From: Salpingoeca rosetta
Lineage: Eukaryota > Protista > Choanoflagellata
Direction of reading: 5' to 3'
Assembly (NCBI GenBank): GCA_033442325.1
Contig: JAWQFM010000006.1
Coordinates: forward strand, 234,704-298,703
Length of the DNA stretch: 64,000 nt
Part shown: positions 12,506 through 27,866 of the stretch, in pieces
How the letters are laid out: each line of letters opens with the position of its first letter
Numbering within the stretch: the stretch's first letter is position 1
Made by a program: the position numbers and the translations under genes
Notes under the pieces: generated by a model
Seen by the model: only the letters and a program-made list of their open reading frames with translations
Told to the model about the DNA's origin: nothing
Databases searched by the model: none

Positions 12506-13670
12506 TCAGCTCTTGCCGGCCATCTTGTCAAACATGCCAGCAAACATCTTCTTCTCCTTGGCGGCGTGCTGCGCCTCTGCGGCCTTGATGCGCTTGTGCA
12601 GCTTGAGGCAGGCGGCGTTGGCGGCGTCGGCTGCAAGGGCGGCCTCAACATCGTGCTTGGCGTCCTCCCACTTGCCGAGGGAGAAGTTGGCCGTGGCACG
12701 CCGGAACAGGCCCTGTCCGCAGGTGTTATGGGATGGGGTGGGATGGTGGAGATGGCATGGGACAGGGTGAGTGTTTGGGGGTGCTTGGGGGTGCAAGGAG
12801 AGACACTGTCAAAGGGCGGGTTGGCTGGCGTGGCCAGTGTAACACGCGGAGCAGTCGAAGTGGGACACACGAGCGCATGCATGCATACGCATGTTACACG
12901 CCCAAGAAGACACTCAGATCAACATGATTCAGACACTTCCCACAACACAGACACACACACAGACACACAGACACACACACAGACACACACACACACACAC
13001 AGAGACACACACACACACACACACACCTTGACGTTTGCTGGGTCTGCCTCGAGGGCGCGGGTGGCAAAGTCAACAGCGGCACCATAGTCCTTGAGCTTGA
13101 GGGCACACTGCGCCACGTTGAGCTGACACAGCATCTTCTTCTCGCTGGCCTGGCTCTTCTGCTCGTCGCTCATCTTGTGCACGGTCGACAGATACGACGC
13201 TGCAGCCTCGTACCGCTTGCGCGCGCGGGCGTACTCGCCCTGCTTGAAGAGCTCTGTACCGGCGGCCTTCCGCTTCTCAGCGGCCTCCAGCTGCTCCTCA
13301 GGGCCCATCTCCCACGTGTCCTTGAACTCCGGGTCAAGCTCAACCAGCTCCACGTCGGCCTTGATGTCCGTGTGTGGCGGGATGCCAAGCGCCTCGTTGC
13401 CGTGCACGCCGTATGCCTGCGCCGCCTTGAACACAAAACGCGCCTTCTCGCCAAGCGACATGGTCTTGAGCGCCGTGTCAAAGCCTTCAAACAGCTGTGC
13501 ATCGTCGACAACCACAGCCTCGGGCTCACCCCCAAACGTGTCTTTGAACACCTGTTGGAGTTGGAGCGGACGCAGGCGCGTGAAATGTGAGTACGTGGTG
13601 CCATGTGCGCTTGCGTGCTCACACGGCGACGCTGTTGTACGTGCCAAGTGCAGCCTTGAGGTGAGAGGAG

Positions 13671-13734
<64 letters not shown>

Positions 13735-14112
13735 CCCAGCACAAACCTTGTCGTCTGTGTACAGCTTGTAGTGGACCTTGACGTTCATGAGCTCCTTTGG
13801 TCGCTTGTACCCTTCCGCTGCCAATGCAAGGGAAGATGGGGAACAAGGAAGAGAAGAAGAAGAGGAAGAAGCGTGAGGTGGGTGTGTAGCAGTGGTAGAA
13901 CAAGGCCAAGCACGGCATACACTGCCGTGGGACGTTTGTTCACACACAGCCAGACAGACAGACACGACACACACACATACATCCGCGGACACAGACAGAC
14001 AGGCACGACACGCACACACACACACGTACGCAAGTACAGACAGACAGACACATACGCAAGCACACACACACATACGCAAGCACAGACAGACACGACACAC
14101 ACACACACACAC

Positions 14113-14163
<51 letters not shown>

Positions 14164-14521
14164 GCACATGCGCGCACCCTTGTGGAGGAGCTTCTTCATG
14201 ATGCTGCCGTCCTTGGCATCGGAGACGTCATCCATGTCGGTGAAGCTGAGGAGCTCAATGTCAAAGTTGAGGGTGGCGTTGGGGGGAATGTCTGTCCCCG
14301 CACCCCGCTCGCCGTACGCCTTCTCAGACTTGATGGTGAGGGTGGCGCGCTCGCCGACGCGCATGGTGGCCACGCCTTCCTCCCAGCCCTTGATGACGCT
14401 GCCCTGGCCCAGGGTGAAGTTGAATGGCTCGCCGCGGTCGCGGGACGAGTCAAACTTCTTCCCGCTCAACAGCGTTCCGGTGTAGTGCACATTCACCTTG
14501 GCACCGGGCCCAGGAATCTCC
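12506..14521 (-). CDS. FKBP-type peptidyl-prolyl isomerase with two FKBP domains and TPR repeats (FKBP4/5-like Hsp90 co-chaperone); start exon not found
   Basis: [52 protein letters not shown]...[14 protein letters not shown], a second FKBP domain, and [23 protein letters not shown]...[10 protein letters not shown]...NVKGLFRRA. Stop at 12506-12508. Confidence 0.93.
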
Positions 14522-14762
14522 CTATCACCGTCAGCATGCGTGTGCGGATGCGCGAGTGCGTGTGTGCGATGAGTGTATGTCAGAGAGGAAAGGGGGAAAC
14601 TTAGGCAGGCCGACAGTTGAAGACCGACACATACACGAGACACCAGACCAACACGCGAGAAGACCGACCGACACAGACACAGACACACAGACACACACAG
14701 ACACACACAAACACACACAAACACACACACACACAACACACACACAACACACACACACACAC

Positions 14763-14864
<102 letters not shown>

Positions 14865-14884
14865 AAACAACCAAAGACACGCAC

Positions 14885-15625
14885 GGTAGGGACGCCGTAG
14901 ATGCCGACGTCAACAAACATCTCCTCGCCCTCGTCCGTTGGTTTGATGAAGCCCGCGTCCTCAGCAAAGATGCGCATTGGGCAGATCCACAATGGGTACA
15001 CCCCAAACTGCTCATCCTGCACGTCAAGCGTCTCTCCCAGCTTGCTGTTGACACGTGGTGCGGTGGTGCGGTGGTGCAGTGGTAGTACAGTGGTTGCAGG
15101 GCACAGGGTGAGTGACGCGAGGAGGAGCAATGGACACTAAAGATTCCCACACACTGACAGGCGTATCACAAGCGCTGACACAACCAAGTTAACATCACCA
15201 CACATGTCTGCGAACACCTTTCGCAAACGCAGCCACGACCACCGACCACGTCAAAGCTCACAGCCACCATCGCCAGCACAATCGCGACTACAACGAGCAC
15301 CCCCATTACCATCATCACTGCCTTCATCGCAAGCACGAGTGGTGAGGGTACCTGAGCGGCACGAGCATATCCTGGACAACGTGGTGCATTTCGTAGAGCT
15401 TTCGCAGCTCCTCGGTCTGCGTGCGCTTCAGCACAGAGTGGTTTGGGGGCATCATCCACCCAAACAGATAACGGAACCACGCCTGCGGGCCACAAAATAG
15501 TGGGTTGAGAAGGGTGGTGGTGGTGGAGGGTTGCGCGTGGTGTGGTCATGAGTTTTAGTTGTGCCAGGCGAGTGAATTTGCGTGCATGTGTCGGGTGAGA
15601 CGACAAACAAGGCACATGGGACCGC

Positions 15626-15677
<52 letters not shown>

Positions 15678-15867
15678 GCTACTCGTACACGCCCACACAC
15701 ACATGTAGCTACTCGTACACGCCCACACATTCACGTGCACACCCTCACGTGCGTACATCGTTTCCGAAAGTGATGATGTCCTGCATTTCCCAGAAGAGGC
15801 TGACGGTGTGGCGGTGGTAGTAGTCACGCAGGGGAATGTACTCCAGGCCAGGGCCCTGAGTGGCGAG

Positions 15868-15904
<37 letters not shown>

Positions 15905-16684
15905 CATGAGACGAGATACAACGTTTCGTGTGAGGTGGGAGTGGAGAGAGAAGATGTGAGAGCATACCCAAACCACCAAACGCACCTGAAAACCAAAAAA
16001 CACACACAACACACACACACACACACAACACGCTCGCGATAGCCTCCCAGCATTGTGCCATCAGACTTACGGAGGAGAGGAAATCACGGACGTGCGTGTA
16101 GAACCAGCGCTTGTACCACTTTCCAATCTTGTTCACCTGGCGCAAAGGCGAAAGGTAAAGAGCAAGTTGGATGTGTGTGTGTGTGATGGGTGAGAACTCA
16201 TTTACATAACAAGTCGCAATCAAAGTCACAATACGAGGACCCTCGCCACCACAAACACGGCCACAACCGCAACCACCACCACCGTAACGACCATTATCAT
16301 CTTCTTCACGCCGACAACCAGACCTTCTCTGGGATGAATTCATCGGTCATGGTGCCGCGCATGAGAACAAACTTGTCCGGGCCATATGCGAGCGTCTCAA
16401 CAAAGTCGTCGTTGCTCTGCGTCGCCTCTGCGAACGCCTGCAGCCACTCGGAGCGGGAGGTGTACGGCAGGTACTCCAGCTTGACAAACTTCTTGGCGGG
16501 GACAATCTTCAGCTCTGCACCAACAAGGAACCCAAGCGTGCCGTGGCTCCTGCAAAATCATGTACGCGTTGTGGTTGTGGTGGTGTGAGAAACGTGAGAG
16601 AATAGGGTGTTGTGACAGCCAATTGCAGTGCAAAGCACACAACAACAGAGTGCACAGCGGGCAGCCAAGGAGTCAGCCAGCCAG

Positions 16685-16733
<49 letters not shown>

Positions 16734-17671
16734 ACCACCACCACCACCCGAAAAAACCAAACAGGCGTGTTGGAACGCACCAAGGGATGGCCTGGAAGAG
16801 GTCTGGGTTCTCATCCTTGCTGCACGTCTTCACTTCACCAGAGGCCATGACAATCTCAAACTTGGTGCAGCAGTGCTGGAACAGGCCGTACTTGTGCGAG
16901 GATGTCTCAACGCCAACACCGCAGATGAGCCCGCCAACCGTGAGCACATCGAGCTCAGGCAGAACAGGCAGCGTCAGGCCTAGTGCGTGCACAAAGGCAG
17001 GGTGCGCAGTTGCACGAGTGTATGGGTGGGTGGGGGCGAGTCAGGATTGGGGATATGGCTTGAGTATCGCTTCGCTGCACGCAGCTCATACACAACAAAG
17101 GACGGCTGAAACGAGCAGGAAACACAGGGACAGGCGGACAGGCGAACAGGCAGGTAGACACACAGGCAGACACGCAATGAAGCAGGCACGGATACAGACA
17201 CGGATACAGATGCAGATGCAGACACAGACACAGACACAGACACACACAGACAGGCAGACGCACACACACACACGCACGCACACACACACGCACGCACATA
17301 GTACCGAGAGGGTTGAGGGTGGCGGTGATCTGGCCCATGGTAACGTTGGGCTCGACAAAGAGAGTCATGTTCTCGCGGTCAATCTTGATGACGTTACTCA
17401 GGTGACCAACAGGGATGCCCGTGTGCGTCTTCTTGTACTTGGCCATGCGCAGGGACATTGCCAGCCACCCTGAGACACACACACACATATACATATACAC
17501 ATTCATACACACGCACGCGCACACAAACATTGAGGTAAGCGAACGTTGTTAGTTGGTACAGCCATGTTGAGTATGTCATGGGCAACAGCAAGCAGGCTGC
17601 GTGTGCATCCACGGCCAACAACATTTTGCCACGCACGACCCACCTTACGCTAGCTGTGCATGCAGCCTGTT

Positions 17672-17728
<57 letters not shown>

Positions 17729-18567
17729 CCGTGGGCATTGGCAGCTTACCGGGACGAGCCGTGCAGAGCTTGGTGCCGTCGTCGGCAGCCTTCCACTTAT
17801 GAATGGCCTTCACAACCGTTTGAACACGTGCCTGCTCCACGACACAGCAACGGCCAAGGGGAAAATGTGGTGGGCATGCGCCAATAAAAGGAACCATCAC
17901 ATGCTTGTGAGTGAGTGTGCATTTGCAAGCCAAGGGCAACACAAGTAAGAACAACAATAGCAGCACAGCAGGCACAGGAAAAGCAACAGCAGCAACAGCA
18001 GCAGCACGGTAGACAGAGGAGCACGTGGGCTGGCAGACCTTGTGTTGTTCCACACTGCGGTCGTTAATTTGGCCCAGCTTGAGGGCCATCAGCGCTTTCA
18101 AGTACAGGTAAGAGTTCATCACCAAGCTCACTGGCATGAGGAAGAAGATGACAACAATCCTTTTGGGTGGGTTGTGTTGTGTTTCGTGTTCAGTGGCACG
18201 AACAGAAGAGTGAGAACACAACAAGAAGACAGCTGCTCTCTACAACAACGGCACAGACACACGCACGAGCGGCGACAGGCAGCAGGGGGCGAGAGACAAA
18301 CAGGTCGTCTGAACACAAACACACAGACACACAGACACACAGACACATAGACACACGCACACAGGCACAAGCGAGCGGCAGGGCCTCGGCCACACTGAAA
18401 CTCCAAACGTTTTTACTCCTCCTCCACGCACAACCCTCCGCCATACACCTCACACCATTTGTGGCTCACCAGCGGTGGTTGGTAACGATATAGGCAAGGC
18501 CCTTGTCGAGCCCAAGTGCCTTGTTCACCCGGTCAAAGGCCGAGAGCATCAGGTCGAGCACGGTCAT
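14885..18567 (-). CDS. DHCR24: Delta(24)-sterol reductase (FAD-dependent); C-terminal ~70 aa not found
   Basis: MTVLDLML...[131 protein letters not shown]. Confidence 0.93.
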
Positions 18568-18921
18568 GCTTGCTTGCAGGTGTTGTTTGTCGCTGCGTGT
18601 GTTCACTGGCGACCAGGTGCAGGGAGAAAGAGACGGCCTGTGTCACCACTGCATGCACGAAGAAGAAGGGAATGAATGAATGAGCACCCAACACCTGCAC
18701 CCAGCACTGGTACACACGCTCGAGCGAGAGAGAGCGCAATACCGGTTCACAGCCAGTCACCATGCGACCTGCCTTTGCCTCATGAATACACGCGAGCCCG
18801 CAGCGCACCCCCACAACACCACACCCACCACTCACCCAACACCACTGACAAAACCCACTGACAAGGTTCATGACCACGACGATTATTCGCTCACATCTTC
18901 ATACACTTTTCAATGCGCGGC

Positions 18922-18930
18922 GGCGCGAAA
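18922..18930. promoter_or_regulatory. Candidate E2F-binding site in the DHCR24/DDX11 divergent promoter
   Basis: GGCGCGAAA (reverse complement TTTCGCGCC) matches the E2F consensus TTTSSCGC, about 325 bp upstream of the DDX11 ATG. Confidence 0.35.
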
Positions 18931-19252
18931 AAAACGGATTCTGCAACACCAGCGTTGGTGTGTTGTGTCGTGCGTTGCGCGCTGCGTGCATGTGTTTTGT
19001 GTGTGACATGCATGACTTGCTTGCTTGGCTGTTGTGATGACCACAAGGGTGACTGGCTGGGACTGGCCGTTCTGACTTGCTTGACGTGTTTGACTTGGCT
19101 CGCTTGCTTTTTGATTGTGCCTCACATCACTAGCTTACTCGCTCGCATCGCCGCCCACCCCAAGGCTTTCTGCCCCTTCTTCCTGCCACGCATCAGACAC
19201 GCCTCGCAGATTGCACGTCGCCCACACAACCCGCAGCACGTCTCACAGCAGG

Positions 19253-20841
19253 ATGGATGGCAATGGCTTGCCAGAGCGGACGACGCAGCTGGACCCACCG
19301 GCGGAGTTTCCCTTCCCGTTCCCGCCATATGACATCCAGCGCGATATGATGCGCCAGCTCTACTGCTGTTTCGAGGCAGGCGGCCTCGGCGTGTTCCAGT
19401 CGCCAACAGGAACGGTAAGGTGCAGTCAGGGCGCCATTGCCGCGCTTGAGATGCGCTTTCGCGCCCTTTTCATCATTGGCTAACACTGCACGTGTGCGCG
19501 TGTGTGTGCATGTGTGCGCGTGTGTGTGCGTGCGTGTGTGTGTGCGTGCGTGCGTGCGTGTATGTGTGTGTGTTGGCGCCTAAAGTTTGGTTGCTCACCC
19601 GTCCTCCTTGCTTGGTGTCTTGCATATCAAGGGGAAATCGCTGAGTGTGCTGTGCAGCGCCATGCAGTGGTTACGTGATGACCTGCAGCAAACGGAAAAG
19701 GACTTGCTGGACCAGAACGTGAGCGAGCGCGCACAGGGAGCAGCAGAGACGCATCGGTCACGTTCGGCATCCACGGCCAGCACGGCTGGAAAGACAGGCG
19801 CGCAGCAGTCTTCAACCAGCAAGAAGAGTGAGTGTGCGATAACCACGCGTGCTGCACTGCCTTCCTGTTGTCGGTGTCTTGGGCTCATCGCTTTCTCGTT
19901 GACAGTGACACGTGCGGTGGCTGGTGGTGTGATGTGGGTTCTGTTTTGCGTTCCAGGCATGCCGGCACCGCCATCCTGGGTCATGCAGAAGCAGGCGGAC
20001 ATGCGTGCAGACGCAGCAAAGAAGGCTGTGGACAAGTGGAAGGCCAAGATTGTGGCGCGGCAGGATCGCATCCGGCTCGTGCGTGAACGATCGGAGGAGG
20101 GCAGGCTCTCCAAACGAAAGGTGCATCAGCCGGTGTGTGTGCACGCGGGTGTGTGAGTTTGTGCGTGAGTGAGTGCGTGAGTGTGTGTGTGTGTGTGTGT
20201 GTGTGCATGCGTGTGTGCATGCGTGTGTGCATGCGTGTGTGTGTGTGAAAGTAATGTGCACGCGAGTGTGAGTGTGAACGAGTAAGTGTGCGTTTGCGCG
20301 CGCGTAAGTGTCCTTGTTTGCAGCTCAGGGGTGTCACTCACGCACACGCTCTGCCTGGCAATTGAAGTTCATTCCCGGAGTGTTCAAGAGTGGAAAAGGC
20401 GACGACAACAACGACGACGGCACTCAGGATGATGGTGCTGATAGTGCGACGGAAGACGCTGATCTTGTCCCGCGCGATTATGCATCTGATGACGACGGTG
20501 GCGATGGTGGGCTGTCAGATGACAGGTGCGGCGCTGTTGGTCGTGGTGGTGGTGGTGGTGGTGTCGTTGGGAGTCCGTGCGAGTGAAGGTGTGCGCGTAT
20601 GTGCATGTGTGTAGATCTGTGTGTGCGTGTGTGCAGTGTATGCGTGTGTATGCGTGTGTGTGTGCGCACGTGTGTGCTGTATGCGTGCACCCGCTACTCT
20701 TGCTTATAACGCTTGTGTTTGCTGTTTCTGTGCGCCGGATGCAGTGACGGGGAAGAGGACGAACCACCGAGAATACGAAAGGTAGTACCCGATCTCTTGT
20801 ACAGAGAGAGAGAGTGTGTGTGTGTGTGAGTGTGAGTGTGT

Positions 20842-20892
<51 letters not shown>

Positions 20893-21148
20893 CACACACA
20901 CACACACACACAGACACAGACACAGACACACAGACACACACACACACACACACACAAACCTCACGCCTTATGCCTTGCTGTGTTGGCGCCAGATTTTCTT
21001 CTGCAGCCGGACGCATTCGCAGCTGGCGCAGTTCGTATCGGAGGTGAAGAACAGTCCCTTCAGTGACGTCCGCCTGACCGCCCTCGGCTCACGGCAAAAC
21101 CTCTGCACAAACCCCCGCGTCAACAAGGTGGCGTTTGCGTGCGCGTGC

Positions 21149-21240
<92 letters not shown>

Positions 21241-21502
21241 GTGCGTGCTTGTGTGTGTGTGCGCGTGCTTGCGTGCGCTTGCTTGCGTGTGTGAATGAGT
21301 GCTTATTCGTTCACAACCATGTTTGCCTCTCGTGTGGCGTCATGGAGCGCATCAGTACTCCAATCGCCAACACCGACCTCACCTGCACCCTCTCGTCCTT
21401 CCTTCTGCTTCAGCTTTCGTCACTGCATGCCATCAACGAGAAATGCCTCGATCTCCAAAAGACAAAGAACGAAATCGATCCAAAGGTGCATGTGAATGCA
21501 TT

Positions 21503-21559
<57 letters not shown>

Positions 21560-21940
21560 GTGTACAGCGATCTGCTTCATGACCGTGCCATGCCACCACT
21601 CCCATCATCATCCCTCGCCCACATTACGCACTCACGTGATCCCTGCTGACCACACTTTGCCATCGTGTGCTGCCAGACGGGCAAGGCTGTGAAGGTGAAG
21701 AAGTGCCCAATGCTCAACCCGCGCTCCATGAACGTCACAAGCAACATCATCCTCGTACGGTTGTACCACCACATCACGACTGAGCATAGCATAGCATGGC
21801 ATAGTGCATCACACCAAAAGCACATTGCTCGCGTGTCCTCATGAACGTCATCTATCATCTGCACTGTTGATGTAACATCATCCACCACACACCATCATCA
21901 TCATCATCATCACCACTATCATCATCATCATCATCATCAA

Positions 21941-22011
<71 letters not shown>

Positions 22012-23765
22012 CATCATCACATCATCATCATCATCATCATCATCAACACCACCATCATCACCACCATCATCGGCATCATCGTTACCACCCCTACGTCGCC
22101 ACTGCAACGGCTGCTGCTGCTGCTGCTGCCGCCAGGGATCACCCCAGGACATTGAGGAGGCAGCCGTGGTGGGCGAGCGGTTGGGCGCATGTGCGTATTA
22201 CGCATCCAGACAGGCCGTTGAGTTTGCAGAGGTGATGTACACACACACACACACACACACAAATACACACACACACACACAAATACACACACACACACAT
22301 ACACACACCCTCACCACACATTCGAATACATATCCACATGCATGTGCGCACACGTTCACTCTGCATGACACCTCCATGGATATTCACTTTTCAATCTGGT
22401 GCTTTTGCTGTTGCGCACGCAGCTTGTGCTTCTGCCATACAACATGCTGCTGCACAAGGTAACGGCGACCACACACTCTTGCGTGTACTTATGATCTTGC
22501 GTGCGTGTGTGTCATTCCTCGTGGTTTGCGTTGCCAAACTTGCAACAACGTCTCATACATCCGCACACATCCGCACACTGTTACACACACACACACACAT
22601 CTGCACATATTTACACATGTACACACGTGTTGACATTGCCAAACGTACGTATTTGTACACACCACACGCCTGGGCGTTGCAGCCGACGCGAGAAGCTGTT
22701 GGTCTCGACCTTAAGGACAACATCGTCATCGTGGATGAGGTGAGAACTCGCCTGCGTCCCATCTGGCGGGCCCATTCTCGATTGCCTTTTGTGCAGTTTT
22801 GTGACTGTTCATGTAGAACTCTTGCTCCGCGCCATTGTCATCTGTTGATGTGTGTTTTCGCGTTACCTCAACCCATTTAGCTGCTTGCTTCCCCCATCTG
22901 TCTGTCCTTGTTTCATCGGTCCTTGGTTCTCCCTTCCTCACTCGCTCACGACTTTGGTTTGCATTCAGGCGCACAATTTGGTGGAAACAATCGCTGCTCT
23001 GCACAGCGCAAAACTTGCCAGACTTGAGGTGTTGTCATGCGAACCAATGCTAATGCACGTGCGCATGTGTGCATGCTGCTCCCACTTATTTCGCTTCACC
23101 TCTGTGTGTTAGTCCTTCTCCCTCTCTGGTCCTCCTGCTTTGCTCCCCCCTGCTTGCATGCGTTGTTTGCTTGCTCATGTTGTCAACTCATCGTGGCTCC
23201 GCGTGACCGCTGTTGCCAACACTTCACTGCTGTCCTCATGCCAACAGCTGGAGCAAGCGCACGCCGCCCTCAGCCAGTACATGGACAAGTTCAAGGTTGG
23301 ATTGTGTGTGGCGGGTGGGCTTTGCTGGTGTGCTCGTCGGTTGCACGCTGGGCCACCGCAGCTCTTTGTGCTGCTCAGAGGAGCGTTTTAGTACGGCCTC
23401 ATGCTGAGAACAAGCATGCACGTAGCTCCCTTCTGTCTGTCCCACGCGTTGTATCCGTGGCTGTCTGACAAACGCACACTGTCTGCCTGTCTGTCTGTCT
23501 CTGTCTCTCTTTCTCTTGTACATTCTTTGCCTCTTGTTTCGCTCGCTCATATCCACACTCAAATGCACACACACACGCGCGCGTGTCTGCAGAGGCGGCT
23601 GACGCCAAAGCATCTCATGTACATTCGCCAGCTCCTGTTTGTTCTCAAGTCCTGGCTCACATTCCTTCGCAAACCAGGTGGGCATATGCGTACAGGCGTG
23701 CACTTTGTGCCGTAAACGCATGTACACGCACATGTGTGTGTGTGTGCGTGTATGCGTGTGCGTGC

Positions 23766-23821
<56 letters not shown>

Positions 23822-25476
23822 ACGTGCGTGCGTGTGTGCTGAACCTGGCTGTTTTGCTTTGTCTTCTTTGCCTTTCAGCTTGAACCCTCACCGCCGACAT
23901 CACCACCATGCCCACCGCCACCACCATCGTGACCAGTCGCGGATGGTGAGAAGAGCGAGTTTCTTCTGTCTGTCAACGACTTTCTATTCGAGACCAAAAC
24001 AGATCACATGCACTTCTTCAAGCTGCTGGTGCGTTTGGTTTGCTGCTCATGAGAGTATGCGCGTAGTTGTGGTCACTGTGGTCCCTATGTATTGCGTACG
24101 TGTGTTCATGTGTGTGTTCATGTGTGTGTGTGTGTGTTCATGTGTGTTCATGTGTGTTCATATGTGTGTGTGCGGATGTGTCTGTCCATCTGCATACCTG
24201 CGTGCATGTGTTGGCTCTCTTGGGCAATGACATGCGGTGCAGTGTTCTCACCGTCACCGACCTTTTCACTCCCTCCCCCTCCCGCCTCCCATGCACATTG
24301 CCATGTGCATCAGCGCTACTGTGAGAAGAGTGAACTGCACCGGAAGGTGAGAATCTGTAGCGCGAGGGTCAAGTTGCTTGCGTGAGGGATGGTTTCGTCG
24401 CTCCTGTCGAGGTGTGCGTGTCCTTATCATGTATGCATGTGCAATCTCACCCGTATCCACCACCACCACCACCACCACCACCACCGCGTCATCACGATGA
24501 ACCCATCAGCTGCTCGGATATACACAGCGCCACCTTCCGTCTGTGTTTGACAGCGGCAACGGCGATGTGGGCGAGAGCAGCGGTGCACTTCGCAGCAAAC
24601 ACATCTCACCACTTCGCGGCGTGCAGGCGTTTATCGAATCGCTCACACACGCGGACGAGGACGGGCGCATTGTTGTTCGGCGCAGGTAATAACACCACCG
24701 CCACCATAATTGGGGGGACGGGGGATGTGGAGGCGGAGCAGCATCTGCGTGCACATGCATGCTCGTGCATGTTGTTGTTGTTTAAGTTGTTGTTTAAGTT
24801 GTTGTTTAAGTTGTTGTTTAAGTTGTTGTTGTTTAAGTTGTTGTTTAAGTTGTTGTTGTTGTTGTTGTGAATGGGTGTTGTCCTGGCACTTTTATGTTTG
24901 TTGTAATGATTGTGAGTCGCTGGCGTGCTGTCAATGGCACACGTGTGGACAACACAAGACAGCCTCCGTCTCATGCAACCATGTGTATCTCTCCACCGTC
25001 AGCGGGCGGGATGCAAGCCTGCAGTTTATGCTCCTCAACCCGGCCATCTACTTTGAAGAGGTTGCTTGTCGCTTGTATACGTGTTTCATGTACCATGTGC
25101 AAATTTGTGTGTATTGTGTGTGTTTGTGTGTTTGCGCGTGCGTTTGTGTACATACATGCACGGGTTCGTTCGTGTGCGCGCACATGCATTTGTGTACGTA
25201 TGTGTACATGCACGTGTACGCGTGTGTGCCTGGCGAGTTGCCAGATCTCATGGCATCACCAATTCCTCACGCAAGGGGTGTGTTCCTGCTGTAGGTGTTG
25301 TTGAAGGCGCGAGCGGTGGCTGTTGTTGGCGGAACGATGGGATCCATGTCCGAGTTTGTGCAGCACCTGCAAACGCCAAAGACGCGTGCACTCAAGGTGA
25401 GCACGCGCACATGGTATTGGTATTGCTTGTCTGATTCAAGCGCACACAAACACACACACACACACACACACGTGTT

Positions 25477-25549
<73 letters not shown>

Positions 25550-25587
25550 CACGCGCACATGGTATTGGTATTTCTTGTCGGATACAA

Positions 25588-25677
<90 letters not shown>

Positions 25678-27233
25678 TCACGCACGCACACACACACACA
25701 CATGCGCACGTGTGATCGCGCACGCACGATTCATTCTCGCACTCAATTGCTTTGGAGCTCAGATTGCCTTGCACCATCAATTCAATACCCTTGTTCGTAC
25801 ACGGACTGTCACTGTCGTCTTTGTCCTCGTCATTGCCATGACTGCTGCAGGTTTCGACGTTCTCGTGCGGGCATGTTGTGAACGGCAACAACATCATTGC
25901 GCTCGCCGCCACACACGGCCCAACAAACGAGCCGTTCCGGTTCACCTTTGCAAACCGGAAGAACAAGGCGGTGGGTCGTGCATGTCGCTGCACAGCGCAT
26001 CTGAACACATTGCACACATTGCACAAATTGCACAAATTGCACGCATTGCACACATTCTGCACATGGTACAGTTGTGTTTTGATTTTCTGTCTCACACCAG
26101 CGTCCCCTCCCCGCTTGCCTGCTTCACCTCTTTGCGCGCAGATGGTAGAAGGGCTGGGGCGGCTGCTTGTGAACGTGTGTCGAGTTGTTCCTGCCGGTGT
26201 CGTTGTGTTCTTTCCTTCCTACGACACAGAGGACTTTATTTATCAGCACTGGAAGGCGTGCGGTGTCCTCGACAGCTTGCAGGTGGGCACGTGTATCTGT
26301 GTGCATGCGTGTGCCTCTCTGTGTGTGTGTGCCTGTGTGTGTGTGTGTGTGTGTGTGTGCCTGTGTGTGTGTGAGTGTTGTGCTAGCGTGTATGTGTGTG
26401 AGTGTCTGTCTGCGTGTCCGTCTGTCTGTCTGCCTATGAACTGATGCTGCGTGTGTCAACTGTATTGCGGGGGACGCCAATGGAGCAGCGGCTGAAACAG
26501 GTTGTGCGTGAACCAAGAGCCGCCGGCAAGACAGACGAGTGTCTCACAGAGTATAGCAACGCCGTGCAACAGGTCTGGGTCGTGTGTGTTGTGTCAAAGT
26601 GTGCATACATGTGTCTGTGCGCGCGTGTGTTTGTGCTGTGCACGTGTGCATGTCAAAGTTGGCGGCAACATGATAGCGCATGTGTTCTGTAAGCGCACTT
26701 GTGCGAGTGTACGTGCATGCGCGCGAGTATGTGAGAGCTGAAACCTTCCCATGTTACAGTAGCAGAACGCTTGCACACTTCAGCGCGACCAAGCATTGCC
26801 CACGGCCTTCACATGATCTCTTTTTCACTTCAAACTGCCACGCGTTGGTTGTTTCCAGGGGCGGGGTGGCCTGCTGTTTGCTGTGGTGGGCGGAAAGCTG
26901 AGCGAGGGCATCAACTTCAAGGTCCGATGTGTGCACGCATGCACACAGAGACAAGCAAGCAGGCGATCAACCAATCACACAATACACACACACACACATG
27001 CACACCAGAATGCCACCTTGATAGCAGCACGCACGCACCGCACTAGCCTCTAACACGCCGACCGTGCATGGATGCATGCATGCACGCAGGACGATCTTGG
27101 CCGCTGCGTGGTGATGGTGGGCCTGCCCTATCCAAACCGCCACAGCCCCGCGCTGCAAGAGAAGATGGCGTATCTTGACAAGCGCGCCGGCAGCGGTGCG
27201 CGCAACGCAAACGGTCAATCCCCAGGCGAGGTA

Positions 27234-27287
<54 letters not shown>

Positions 27288-27866
27288 GTGTGTGTGCGTG
27301 TGCGTGTGTGTCTGTGTGTGTGTGTTGTGTTGTGTGTGTGTGAGGAGTCTTGCGTGCCCTCTCTGTGCGTCACATGCCTTGTGCGTTTGTTTGTTGCTGG
27401 TGTCGTCTACTGTCCGTTTTCTCATCCCGTCACCGTCTGTGATGCCAGGCGTACTATGAGAACCTGTGCATGAAGGCTGTGAACCAGTCGATTGGCCGAG
27501 CTATTCGCCACCGCAACGACTATGCTGGTATTCGCGGCTGCTCTGTGTCTGTGCGGTGTCTTTGATTGCATTTAATGGTTGTCATCGTAGTTCATCTAAG
27601 CACACACACACGCACGCACGCACATGTATACTCACACATGCACATGTATACTCACACGCATGTGTATACTCACACACACACACACACACACGCACGCTTA
27701 CATTCGTTCAACCTCTTTCTCAGCAATTCTGCTTGTGGACGACCGATATGCGCGACCCCGGATTGCGTCGCAGCTGCCCGAGTGGATGCAGCCGTACCAC
27801 ACCACCGTCGACAAGATGGGCGGTGTTGTGCGCCACCTCTCCACATTCTTTCGGAAACGTAAATGA
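19253..27866 (+). CDS. DDX11: Fe-S DEAH-box DNA helicase DDX11/Chl1 (XPD family), more than 20 exons
   Basis: [21 protein letters not shown] (Walker A), [117 protein letters not shown]. Confidence 0.95.
21893..22080. repeat. Intronic (CAT)n trinucleotide tract
   Basis: About 190 bp of imperfect CAT repeat within a DDX11 intron. Confidence 0.9.
24770..24867. repeat. Intronic (GTT)n tract periodically interrupted by TTTAA
   Basis: gttgttgtttaa units repeated; similar tracts at 40800-41010 and 56575-56833. Confidence 0.85.
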
